64,000 nt of DNA from Dimorphilus gyrociliatus. Lineage: Eukaryota; Animalia; Annelida. The position numbers were made by a program, and so were the translations under genes. Below, in pieces: positions 50,728 to 62,900 of the stretch. The first letter of the stretch is position 1, and each line of letters opens with the position of its first letter. A model generated the notes under the pieces. It did no database searches, was not told where the DNA came from, and saw only the letters and a program-made list of their open reading frames with translations. The stretch spans positions 248,001 to 312,000 of the forward strand of contig CAJFCJ010000018.1 in NCBI GenBank assembly GCA_904063045.1, in the 5' to 3' direction.

Positions 50728-52674
50728 AGACGTTAAAAATTGAATACAATGAGAAAATACTTTGCTAAGGCAATAAAAAACGTGCCATCTGTCCGTTTCT
50801 AATGTTCTCACGCACACAAAGTAAGAATAGTGGCTAGGTCATAAACGAAACGCTGATTGGCGTAAATCAGCTAAATGACGTCATCTTTCAAATCGTCCTA
50901 TATCAAATCCTCTCTTGTTGCTCATTCTTTCTGATCATGCCTGCCACTTAGACTTTAGCAAATGACACACTGCCGTATGGGGAGATAGCTATTTCATTAA
51001 ATTTTCAAGAGGAAACATTTTTCTTCTTTTTTCTCCTTATGTAATTGTATGCACGCGTTTTAAATGTATCACTTCCGCCCACCAAAAAGACAAAGATTCG
51101 AGTGGTAGGCAATAAACGAATTAAAGACATACTTGAACAATACATTTGCAATGACTTTTTTGTAGTTAACCTTTGATCTATAGCGGCGAGTTGTGTTAGA
51201 CGTCGACATTAAAAGAGCCGCCATAGTTTCAAGTTGTAGAGACAAAGCGTGTCGAATTTTTCGAGTAACTGCCTATCATAAAACTGTTCTTCTATAACAA
51301 GAGAAAGTCTTGTTTGGAATTGATAGATGCTTTATGGCCCATTACGTTTCGGCGCTCGTTCGTCAAAACTTGATCATGGTCGTTATAGGCCTATTCTGTC
51401 AGCTAATACCAAGCATTAACTTTCTAACTTAAAAGCAAACTCGTTTATGACAAATTATACAGATGCTCAAAAGGAAATAGAAACAAACCGACTGGAAGAC
51501 ATAACCATTACATCTTCTCTTTCCCAATTGATCCTGAGCTATTACGGCCCGTTTGAGATTTCACTTCTAACACTTCAAAAAATTGTTATATTTTCTTTGT
51601 CCGATTAATGAATATTGCGTTCAAGGCAATTCGATTATTACATTACAATTGACTAGAAAACTTGTGATAAATGTTAATCTTACCCCTAGAATGACCAGCA
51701 TAAGATAAGAGAAGACAGAATAATTGAGATGAAGAAACGAATCTGCTTATCAGAAGAGCTCATCTTACTTTTCCATTTGTCCTCTGAATAGCGTAGCAAA
51801 GAGCGTAGATCTTTTGGATTAGCGACACCGATTATCTTTGTAAATCTCTCCAATGCGACGTCCTCATTTCACAGGGTTTTATAGCCAAGTACACTTAACT
51901 GCTTGCTATCTTTCTGTGCAATAGAACGCTTTACTGCAATATCAACGGCTCGAGATGTGTCTCTCCAGAGTGTTAGCCAATTTCGGGACATTTTTTGCTT
52001 CTTATCTCGAGTCATGAGCGCTTTTTATCGTCTATATTTGTATTTTTCATCAATTTTTGAATCTACTTGCTGAGTTTATTGTGCTCATGTAGCTTTAATA
52101 TAACCGAGGCCTACTACAAACATTATAATGTTACAATCTGACCATAAAAGATCTTTTGTTATAGCACAGACCTTTTTGTTTTCAAAATGTATTTGGAGTT
52201 TTTAGAAACGATGCCTAAAATTAGTTTTAGAGAAATATAGTAAAAAAATTAGCTATGGCTCTCAAACTTTGTATCTTTTAAGTGATATAGAAAGAAGAAA
52301 TGGGAATTTGTTTGCTATTTATTATAACATTACTAATTTTCAAGGCTTTTTACATATATATATATAATTAAAACATTGTATCTTAAACGAGCCTTAACCT
52401 GTATAATTTTATGTTAAAGGAAGACTTGGATGGAGAAAAATCGTTACATTCTCTAGCTCCGCCCATATAAGCGAGTTAGCACCAAAACGAATTAAGAGAG
52501 GCGAATGAAAATTCTTGCTTCCCACGTCAAGTTTAGTGATTTATAACAGTGTTGTTTGTTTCCGCCTCGTTCGCGCGTTTTTCGGATCATTCCAGCTCTA
52601 CGTTTTTTCGTGAAAGCTTCAATTTGAAATTCTATTATTTTTTGCTAGATATTGTTACCTTTAGTTTATTGAGG

Positions 52675-54020
52675 ATGTCAACAGAAGTTTGTGATGATGT
52701 ATTCATTAATGTTACTGAGGACGAAGGTTATGAGATGAAGGGTTGTTATAAAACCGGATCTGTTGAAGAAGGTGAGCAATACGATTTATTACTTAGAGCA
52801 TTATAATGTATAATATTGGCGAGAACATGGAAAATATCATAACTGTATATCGGACGTTTTGACTGAATATCTTTAATTTAAGTAACACTTGTAAGAAAGA
52901 AATAAGCTCCTAAAATGCTTATTGACTGCAAAACACATGGCTAAAGGCATTGCCCGAGGATCATCGACTCTCGGTCATTTTGTCAATCAACTGCCATCAC
53001 TGGACGCCATTTTATCTTAATGACTCAATCACGAAGCCGGCATCACCTTTGATCAGATGTCATTTGCATTCGATTAGCATATGTAATAGGTTTGAAAGTT
53101 AGTCATTTAATTCTGAAAATGTAATTGAGATACAATGATGGAACTGTGATGGTCACCTCAATGGGTGGGCGGGGTTGGTGGGTGGTGACCGACTGTCGTA
53201 TAAGCTTCATTTTTAGCTGACTTAAATCAGTGTCCAACTGAGAAGCTTGCGTCCAGCACGCGTCGTACTATTGCACTTAAATAGGCCTATTTTACTTTAA
53301 TTAGATCATTTATGCTCACTTTCATTCATTAATCAACTATAAACAAGTAGAAAAGGAGCATTCTCTTAAGGCCTAATTACGAAGAGAAAGATAAAAGCGA
53401 GAGTATTTGTTTCAGATCACCACGAAAAAGCCGAAAGTGACATGAAATCTCTGAACAGCGACGACCTAAATGCTAACAATGCTAATGTTCGAAGATATAG
53501 AACAGCATTTTCAAAAGAGCAATTGGCTGAACTTGAGGCTGAATTTTCCAGAGAAAATTACGTTTCCAGACCTCGTAGATGTGAGCTTGCAGCCCGACTT
53601 CGATTACCAGAATCTACAATAAAAGTTTGGTTTCAAAATAGAAGAATGAAAGACAAAAGACAAAGATTAGCTCTAGCTTGGCCATATGCTGCTTTACAAC
53701 ATGCTGCTTCAGATCCCGCCTTAGCTGCCCTTGTCCTTAATGCTGCTTTACACTCCGCAACTGCCCCACATAGGCATCACCCTTACTTTGGAGCCTCTCC
53801 TGCCTGTCGGTATCCTCCACAACTAACCAGCAGTTTACCCTCAGCACCTGTAGTTCGTCATCCTCATTATCCTAATTCTAGCGACCAAGTGCAGTATTAT
53901 GGAACTAATTCTGCCATTTCTGTTCCAACTTCCTCTCCGAGTGAAAGTTCTGATAGTTCTATTAGAAGAAGAACTTCGTTATTTCGACCTTTCGATGAAG
54001 AAAAATCTACATCAAAATAA
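52675..54020 (+). CDS. eve: Even-skipped (Evx) homeobox transcription factor
   Basis: Exon 1 52675-52771 (G|gtgagc) and exon 2 53416-54020. Homeodomain [12 protein letters not shown]...[38 protein letters not shown] (53490-53669) is diagnostic for Evx and is followed by LALAWPY. The C-terminal LFRPF (53979-53993) resembles the Eve Groucho-binding LFKPY motif. Confidence 0.97.
53021..53080. promoter_or_regulatory. Candidate Evx intronic enhancer
   Basis: Within 60 bp: TGACTCA, TCAATCA, CCTTTGATC (TCF), CAGATG, TGTCA, ATTTGCAT and ATTAGCAT. Confidence 0.45.
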
Positions 54021-54862
54021 TCTGCATCAGCTCATTTATATAATTTTTATATTTATAAAAATTTTTACTATATAATTTTCAGGAGACAACATACTTATAT
54101 GACATTATATGATGTATTTTAATTTATAAATGTTATGATTATTGAGACATTGGTATTGTATATGTATATACAAATAATTACTTGTATACATACATGTTTA
54201 CGCATAGATACAGTATTTAAAGTATACATATTTATTTGATCAGATAGACCATTGCATAAAACATGCCTTATATGAGGCATACAGGCTATGTATGTCTAAT
54301 ATTTATGTATTTCATATATACAATGTGTATATAATCACGTGTTATATATAGTAAAGCAAACGCTTGCATCTAGTTTCCCATTATTCAAATGTTATTGTGT
54401 CATAAATAATAAATCGAATGAGGTACAATAAATCTATAGGCGGTGTCACCAATATGCATATATAGATGGTTAGAAAATTTTATATTCTCGTGCAACATTA
54501 TACATTGACAAGTGTAATAAATTTTGCATAAAATATAGAGTATATTACTTATACTCGTTCAAAATTTTGGCCTGTAACTCAATTATGAATATGTAATTAA
54601 GCACTGGCGTTAATGGGCTAGTTATGAGCGTCATTCATCATTGTAATGTACACATAGCGTGCCACTAATTGTATACATTTGAATTCAAGTTGATTGACTT
54701 TATTTGTTAGTTTGTATTTGTAAGAGCAATTATTCACTATGATTGCTTCTCATTCGATTTATTGATTGCATAAAACTTCTCTTCTTAAATTAATTTCTTG
54801 TTCACTGTAGCCAACTATATGACACTTTTACAATTCTACCAACTAATAAAGAAAGTTGAGAC

Positions 54863-54900
54863 ATATATATATATATTTATATATATATATATATATATAT
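54863..54900. repeat. (TA)n microsatellite
   Basis: Imperfect TA run downstream of Evx. Confidence 0.9.
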
Positions 54901-56962
54901 CCTATACATACTATATACAGTATACAGCGTATGCACGCACAATTAGATAAAAAAGAGTGCTATAAATAATTGGCACGCTATTTTCCCATCAACTGGCCAT
55001 ATCGCATTCAAATTATGCTCAATAATGAATCGTTAGAGGATATTTACCTGTACAAATTAATTTTTGAATGATGTAATGGATGTCGTTATTGTATATCGAT
55101 TAATTGATTGATACGAACCTTTCGTGTATGTTAATGATATATTAATGTGAGGCTTACATATTTTTTATGAAAAGATTTACGTTTTGATATAATTTCGATA
55201 ACAACTCGTCAAACCTAATCTTCCCTGACATTCAGTTAGTTATATAGCTCCTAGATCACTTCAATGTGCGGACAAAACGTCGGCGGGAAGTGAGAAATTA
55301 ATTCTTCGTTAAATGGAGCACTGTATAAGCCCTTAATATACTTGTAAAGTAGCTTTCAATTTATATTTATATTCATTACATACGCACAAAGTGGCAAAGA
55401 GAAAAGGCAGTCATGGATCACAAACTGATCACAATAGCAAATGATTGATAATCATACTTGCTTTGTTACAACTAGAATTAGAGACTACAGCTTTCCTCGC
55501 TCTAAATAAGCTCTGTGAATTATGTAACGCTCGATCCAATTACATAGAAAAAATTTCTTTTGTCAATATTTTTTCATGAAAAATACTTTTTGAATGGCAT
55601 ATCTCATTTCGCCTCAATCAAATGAAAGTTGTTCTGTAGTTAAAAGCTGAAATATATGATGTATAGTTTAGAATAATTAGCTTTCTTCAGAATCTTTAAT
55701 TATAGGCCTATATAATCGTAAATTAGAATGACGTGTGAAAAGAGTACCCATAGGAAAGAAGTTGCCATTATCTTCCGCCCAGGACACTTTTCTATGAAGC
55801 CCAAGCGCGCGCTCTTTCATTGCGTGTCTAAAAAATTCATGAGCATCTAGTTTGAGTAGTTTATACACTTTCAATACATCTATGTGCACACTCTTCTTCA
55901 ACCATTTGTCTGTGGGCCGAGGTAATTTTTTAAAATACAACCATAAGAACAGTTAAAGAATAGTCATAATGAGGTAGGCGTATTAAAGGCGCGAAAACTT
56001 TTATAAGCCGTCATACAAAAGCTCGCAAGCCCTTCATATAAGGAATTATTGCCGCCATAAAACGTCATAAGAAGGCTCTGTACCCTTATAGAAGCGTATT
56101 TGCTCGCTATTCGATACTATACGTTGTCGGCCGACATCAAAGACAATCCGATTCTTATGGGCTTTTTGTGTTTTTAATTGCGATGTTTACTCAGTTTCAG
56201 TGCTGTTGTTTCTATGCATTCGTTTATAATGGGCCTGTATCAAAATTGGCGGGTCCGAAAACTTTAAATATTTATTTGAAAACGGAATTTCATTATTTAA
56301 TATTTTATGAAAGAACATTTCTGCCCCCTTAGTCGGAGAGAATTTTGAAGTCTTTGAAAGTTACTTTTAAAAAACTCTTATTATAACATCATATACTGCG
56401 ACAAAATTAACATCTGCAAAGTGGACTGAAAATCATTCAAAAAAAATTGCCATTTTATTGTTCTTTTAAATATAAAATATAGCCTATTACGATATGAGAA
56501 AATTATGCATGATTTTAAATGTAATAGAATATGTATAAAATTACAATAATTCCTATAGAATCATTTCAGAGTTTGAATTATGATGTTTAAAGCTCTAATT
56601 AGATTTTAAACCAACTGAATCCAAATAAATGAATTTTGGGTTTAATAAACTGTAATATTGATAAATCTTGGTTTTATTGCACTTTAATTTGCTTGTATTT
56701 TCAATTACCATAGTATCTTATTACAGAAAGATTAGCAGAAAGGTTATAGAAAGTGTGCTATAGGTTTATTTATATTTCTGTTTTCGAAATAGCATTTTTT
56801 AAATTATGGTTTAGCAATTGTGAACGCGTAGTTTATTTTGTTTTACAAGATTTTTCATTTTCGACGTCTTTAAATAATACACTGAAGAGATTACTGCTTC
56901 GGCTCCCAAAGCTGAAATATATACGTTCAAAATATACATGTAAGATTAAAATTTCCATTAAC

Positions 56963-59900
56963 TTAAAGTAACTTTACCCAAGTATTAGATGGAGCATCTC
57001 TATGCAGGCCAGTATCTTTGTTTTCTCTTTTCATAAATCCCCTTAATACGCTCCAGTCAACTGCAGATGTTTCATTTCTCTGTTCCTCTGAATGTGGAAT
57101 TATACCCCCGGTAACTGATATGCTGCTTGCCGAGCTCAAAGTAGGAGCATCCTGCCAATGTCGTTTTTTGTCATAGGCGGCGCTAGTAAACGGTCTAAAG
57201 CTCTGGTTGTCGGACCAGCTATCTTCTGAAGATCCTGCCGTCGACTTTCTATAGCATCCACAAACATAGCACAACAAGAGGACCAACAGAACTATTAAAA
57301 TAACACCAACAACAGACATAACACTAGCCAGTATAACCTTCCAGTTGTCAGACCCGGAGGTTTCAGTAGGAGGTTTTTCAGGTGTTCTGCCAATCAGTAT
57401 CATCCTTTCATCAATCATAAGATTTTTCAAAAATAATCCTTGCGAATCATTACGCAGTGCATTTTTCATCTCAACCTCGGTAGCTCTCATACTATCATTT
57501 GTAGTAGGCAGCAAAAGTCTTATGTCATAATTAACAACGACTGATCCAGCGCTAAGATTAAAAGTAAATTTAACTTCAATGTTAAATAGCTATATCAATT
57601 GCATTCAACTCACGAAAATTCTATATTATGAACTTTTACAAAGTACTTGTTTAGAGTTGATGATATGAAGAATTGAGTAAGCTGTTGGAGAAACCATATT
57701 TTAAAAATGTAAATATTAATAAAATTGTCGAACCGCATCTGTTGCTTCTAGTGTCAAATTTTCCTTTATTGAAGGTGTAGATACAACATCTTCATATTTA
57801 TAATTCAGAATGCGAATAGTAGCTGGATAGTCAAGCGGAAGAGTGGACTCCGAATCTATATTCAGTTTTGTGGCATCAAGTTGTAAGTTTTGGAGCCATC
57901 TCGTTTGGTTACGTTTATCTAGTGATTCAATCATCTTTGTAATTAAATCTTTCATTTCTGAGTCAGTAAACTGCTTCAAAGACAAAATTGTATATTTGCA
58001 TTCGACTTTATTGACTATGTCTGGAGTTTCAGTGAATTTACTGTTTTGGATAAAAATGTCATGTATCTATATGAAATAGTGATAAATATAGTTTTGTTAC
58101 CTAAATGTTATGTCGGATACTTTTATGAATTCTGATTTGCTGATACTCTGAATGCTGTAAAAGTTATTAAGAGCAGATATAGTGTCTATTAAAAGTTCAG
58201 TATATTTGGAACTCTTGTTATTCATCAGATCATCTTCAAAATCCCAATTAAGTATATTAATTTTTGCTGGAATACTATAAATTGTAAGCTTTTCACTGCC
58301 GTACTTAATTCCGCTGATATCAATTGATAAACCATCCAGCCTTCTTTCAGGAGGCTCAGTCAATTTATTAAACAGCTCTTTGACAATTTCTTTTTCATTA
58401 CCGAGATTTTCAATTACTAAAGTCTGATATTTAACGAGAATACTACCAAAATCATCCCTTAAAAAGTTAATTGTGTCATATATAAAGCGGTAGATGGCGT
58501 ATTATCTTGGCAAATACTTACTCAAACTTGAAATTGGTCAATTTATAGAAGTTTTTGGCAATCGCGGAATTTTCGTAAAATGCGTCGAGCTGGAAAATTT
58601 TGAAATTTAATTATGTTGCACAGAAAATTCTTATTTTGATTTTTACGGCTTTTTTCGTTTCTGACGTAATGTTGGCTTTATCCAAATTTGAAAATTTCCA
58701 ATCCCTAGTACCCAAGCTACAATCTACAGTAATCAGTTTTGTATTGTACACTTGATCAGTATTAAGTCCAACACTTAAAGTTGAAGGATCCACTATGAGA
58801 TCGTTTATCCATCTTTCACCTGATTTTATAATAAAGATTGTATGGAATTCCAAACCCAGAGCTCTAAAGTCTACAGCTTCAGTTGAATTTGTATACATGT
58901 TAAATTGAACGTTTATATTGTTGGATTGGTCTCTGTTTATAGGTTATTGTTATAATTAAATAATTAATGATGAATTTTCTAAGTCTTACGTTAATTGATA
59001 GTCGTTGACTCTTAATAAGAATGGACTAAGAGAAGTCTTTGATATGAGATTCACCAGCTAAAAAGCATTAAAGTAGTTATTATTTCAAAAAGAATACATG
59101 AGACATACGGCTTCATCTATCTCCTCTGTTATATTTTTGTATTTAGAGGACATTGTGTCTGCATACTCAGAAGTCCATGCCCTGTTTGTTATAACGATTT
59201 TTGAACCAATTCTTCGTATTCCATTAAAAACGTCACAATGGACTCCAGAATAGGCATAACTGCAAGTGCATTTGTAATTCAGTCCTGTCAACTCAGTGCA
59301 TTTTCCATTGTTCTTGCAGAGCGTTGGGGTACAAACAGACATGTCGCTTTCACAACGAGAACCATTAAAACCTGATGTACAATTGCAAAAAAATCCGTTG
59401 ACTTTGTCGGTGCAAATACCTCCATTACGGCAAGCAGAATCTCCTCCATGTAGTATTGGATAATGAGAGCATTCATTTATTTCGGTACAGTTTCCATTGG
59501 CAAATTCGTAGCCGGCTTCACATACACAAGTGTACCTGAAGTCGAAAAGAAATTTAAAACTATGAGAAAAGTAAAATAAACTTTTCTATTAACCTTCCCT
59601 GTTCATTTTTACATTCACCAAAAGGTTGACAGAGATTGTTATCTAAACATTCATTTATATCTTGTTCACAAGAACCACCTTGATAACCAGCGGGACATTG
59701 GATACATCCAGTTTTTGCATCACAATCATCAGCTGACAAACATTTACAAGAATTCAAACAATCTTTTCCCCACTTCCCTATCGGACACTTCTGACAGGTA
59801 CGCTTGTCCTCAAGTAAAATAAATCCTGCATCGCAAGAACAGACATATGAACCATCTGTGTCTAAGCAAGTTGAATTTTCTTTGGGACTGCATGAATGAG

Positions 59901-62900
59901 TATTAGTAGAACATTCATCGATATCTGAAAAGAAAATCAGTATATACTAGAGCAAAATCTATAATGAAAACCTACTTTTGCAAGTTTTTCTGTTACTTTC
60001 CAAAATAAAACCATTTGGACAATCACACTCATTTGGGTTAAATTTGCAAATGTGAGAACACCCCATCAAATCACACGAATCTTTGTTACTTGACATAATA
60101 GTGCAATTATGGCGATCTGAGTCAAGCACATATCCATTTTCACAGGAACATGCAAAAGATCCTATATTGTTCGTGCACTTTTGTTGACATTTATCAATGT
60201 TCAAGGCACATTCGTCCAAATCTTTGCAAGCATAAGAACCATTTTTCTCGTAGCCAGAAGGACAGTTGCAGGTATATCCGCCAACTATATTGTTACATAC
60301 AGCTGGACTTTTGCAATCGTTGGTATTAGGAGACGCACATTCATTTAAATCTGAAAAGTATATGAATTTATAATCAAAATTTTATGATTTTTTATGAAAA
60401 CTTTTGTAAACTAAACTATACTTTGAGCACAATCACGTCATGTATTACGCCTAAATATTAACACTTTTATCAGAGATGCTAATTGTACTTAAACCCGCCA
60501 GCCTAATAATTTGACAATAGATGTAATATCTGGTTTTATATTATCATGTTTTTCTCACCTTGACACTTTGCTTGCTTTTCCACATTAGATGTATTACTCT
60601 TAAAATCAGTATAACCAGGTGGACATGATGAACAGTTATACCCAACCTTATAAAGTTTGTGCTCATCAGCACTTAAGTCTGTACAGTTCTGAAAAACATC
60701 AGCAGTCTTTAAGTCAGCGTTAATAATAAACAATGCTTAGTTAACCTGAAGTTGAAGACATGGCGCGTTCTGACAACCATCATAATCATCTTGACAACTC
60801 TCTCCTTCATATTCCCTATCACATATGCACTCAACAATTAAGAAAGAGTCAGTATCATTGTAAGCCTCTCTAGGTTCATCCCAATCACATTTACCATTAC
60901 CTGAACAGTTACATAGCTGAATATCTATTACCAGTTCTGATGATGCTAATCCTTCACTATCTACGGCCACAAAACTTAAGAAACTATCATACATGTCTGA
61001 TATGACAGTCCATCTAAAAATCCCTGTTACATTATCAAATAAGGAACCATCGGGTAAGGAATTCAAACTCCTAAATACAATAGTTTGATTGTCTGAATCT
61101 GAAGCATTCAGAGTAAACTGATAGGAATTATTAACTTCAACTTTAAGAGTGGTAATAGTATCAACGTCAAAAGCTGGTGGAGTATTAGAAACTTTCTTTT
61201 CTTCATCAGTTTTCTCGTCATTATAATTTTTTGTGTTGTTTGCCAATTCTTTATTCTTTGTTATGGCATAATCGACTTTACAAATATAGCTATCGCCGCA
61301 AAACTGATTCAACGCATCCCTTTCAGTTGCATTCATCTTTGCAAACTCTTCATCGAAGAAAAGAGGTTCAAACGTGTCAATTTCTTGATTAACTGATGAA
61401 TGACTCTCCAAAATTGACGTGTTGTAAAAAAATACACTGTCTTGGGCCGTTGTGCGCCACAGTTTTCCATATGTAAAAAGCTCCCTTTCAGTTGAGTTTT
61501 CGCTGAGAATTGTTCCATCAGGTTGAACAAAATCATCTGACATATTTCCATTAAATGTACCTATTAAACCAGAGACTGATTCTTTCTTTAATTCTTCAGG
61601 TAAAGCTATCCTTATGTCTAATTGCTGAACTTTTGCCTCTAAAGAAAGAGAGATCTCTGAAAAATTTCAAAGTTACAATGTTGAAATATTTTATTCTATT
61701 ATAATATTTACGGTTTCGAAAGACGACTTGCAGAGAACTGTTACTCTTACTTAATGTTAAACCGTTGTCTGAATAAAGTCCAGTTTTTAAAGGATCGTTC
61801 CACCAGGAAGAAACAGCATCGGTAGCATCATTAATGTAAATTAATAAATCTGCGGAATTTAAAAATGAGTTTTTATGCAGACTAAAGTTAAAATTTTTTA
61901 CTCTCTCGTAAATCATCTAATTTAACTGTTATTCTTGCATCATCATGGTATTCTCCAGCAACACCTGAAAATATAGTTGCATCCGTCGGTTCATTCTTCT
62001 GATTTAATGCTTTAGCAGTTCGAAATTGAAGTTTGAATTTTGTAGATTTTATCATCCAAAATTCTCCAAAACCGTTAAAAACATACTGCTTCCCATCTGC
62101 TGTTCTTATATGTGGATCACCCATAGCCCATGTTAACCTAGGAAATATATATCCCTGGCATGTGCTTCTTTTCCTTTTTTTATAGAATTTTGAACACATC
62201 GTTTCCTGTATAAAAATTTTAAGTACCTTTTACATATAAATATTACTTTTACATACAGAAAGACAGCAATCTATTTTCGGCTGTAGATCAACTTCTTCAT
62301 GCCACGCAGGATAGAAAATTGGGTTAAAAGCCCACAGAGAACCATCATCATATTTTTTCCCAGTCATCAAAAATCCTCCCCGAAAAATATCATAGCAACA
62401 TTGCCTACTTGGTGCAGTAAAATATTTTGGACCAGGAAAGAAGGGTGGCATAATAGAATAAAAACAGATTGTCCTTCCTGGTTTTGATGTTGTTGCATCA
62501 ATTACAAATCTAAAATCTAAAAAAGCAATAAACCTGAAATTGGAGAAATATGTGATCTGCTATTAGCAATATATCATATATCATAGAAACATACCCGTGA
62601 CAAGGACACGAAGGGATCGTTAAATCTGCGTCCCGAAGTTCATCATCATATAAGATTGACTCAGCCAAAAATTTCCGGCAACGATATTCAGGTAACTCTC
62701 GTTCACAATTTGTGTCACTTACTTTATAAATAAATTTTCCAGCCAAGTCTTTGTAACCAAAATATTTTAATATCATAATTTAAATAAAATAAACTGCAAG
62801 ACTTACTCGTATTGCCATAAGTATTCTTCAAATTGAAAGCTTCTTCATTAGTTTCAACACCTTTCCCAGAAGCGTAATGGTTAAAAAAACCATAATTTCC

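Noticed and set aside
51470-51560. THAP-zinc-finger-like peptide (CSKGNRNK...IFSFPIDPELL) on the plus strand
   Set aside because: It stops immediately and lacks the conserved W and C-x-x-H-F, so the resemblance is too short.
52549-52674. Upstream GTG-started extension of the Evx exon 1 ORF
   Set aside because: It has a non-ATG start and low-complexity translation; ATG 52675 with the 52772 donor gives a coherent model.
5222-58079. Many 60-115 aa ORFs antisense to or frame-shifted over real exons (for example 5222-5512, 5648-5905, 10414-10665, 12004-12198, 12538-12789, 19126-19398, 19749-20018, 30000-30344, 41252-41470, 57345-57530, 57843-58079)
   Set aside because: They are shadows of genuine coding exons, with no independent motifs or splice support.
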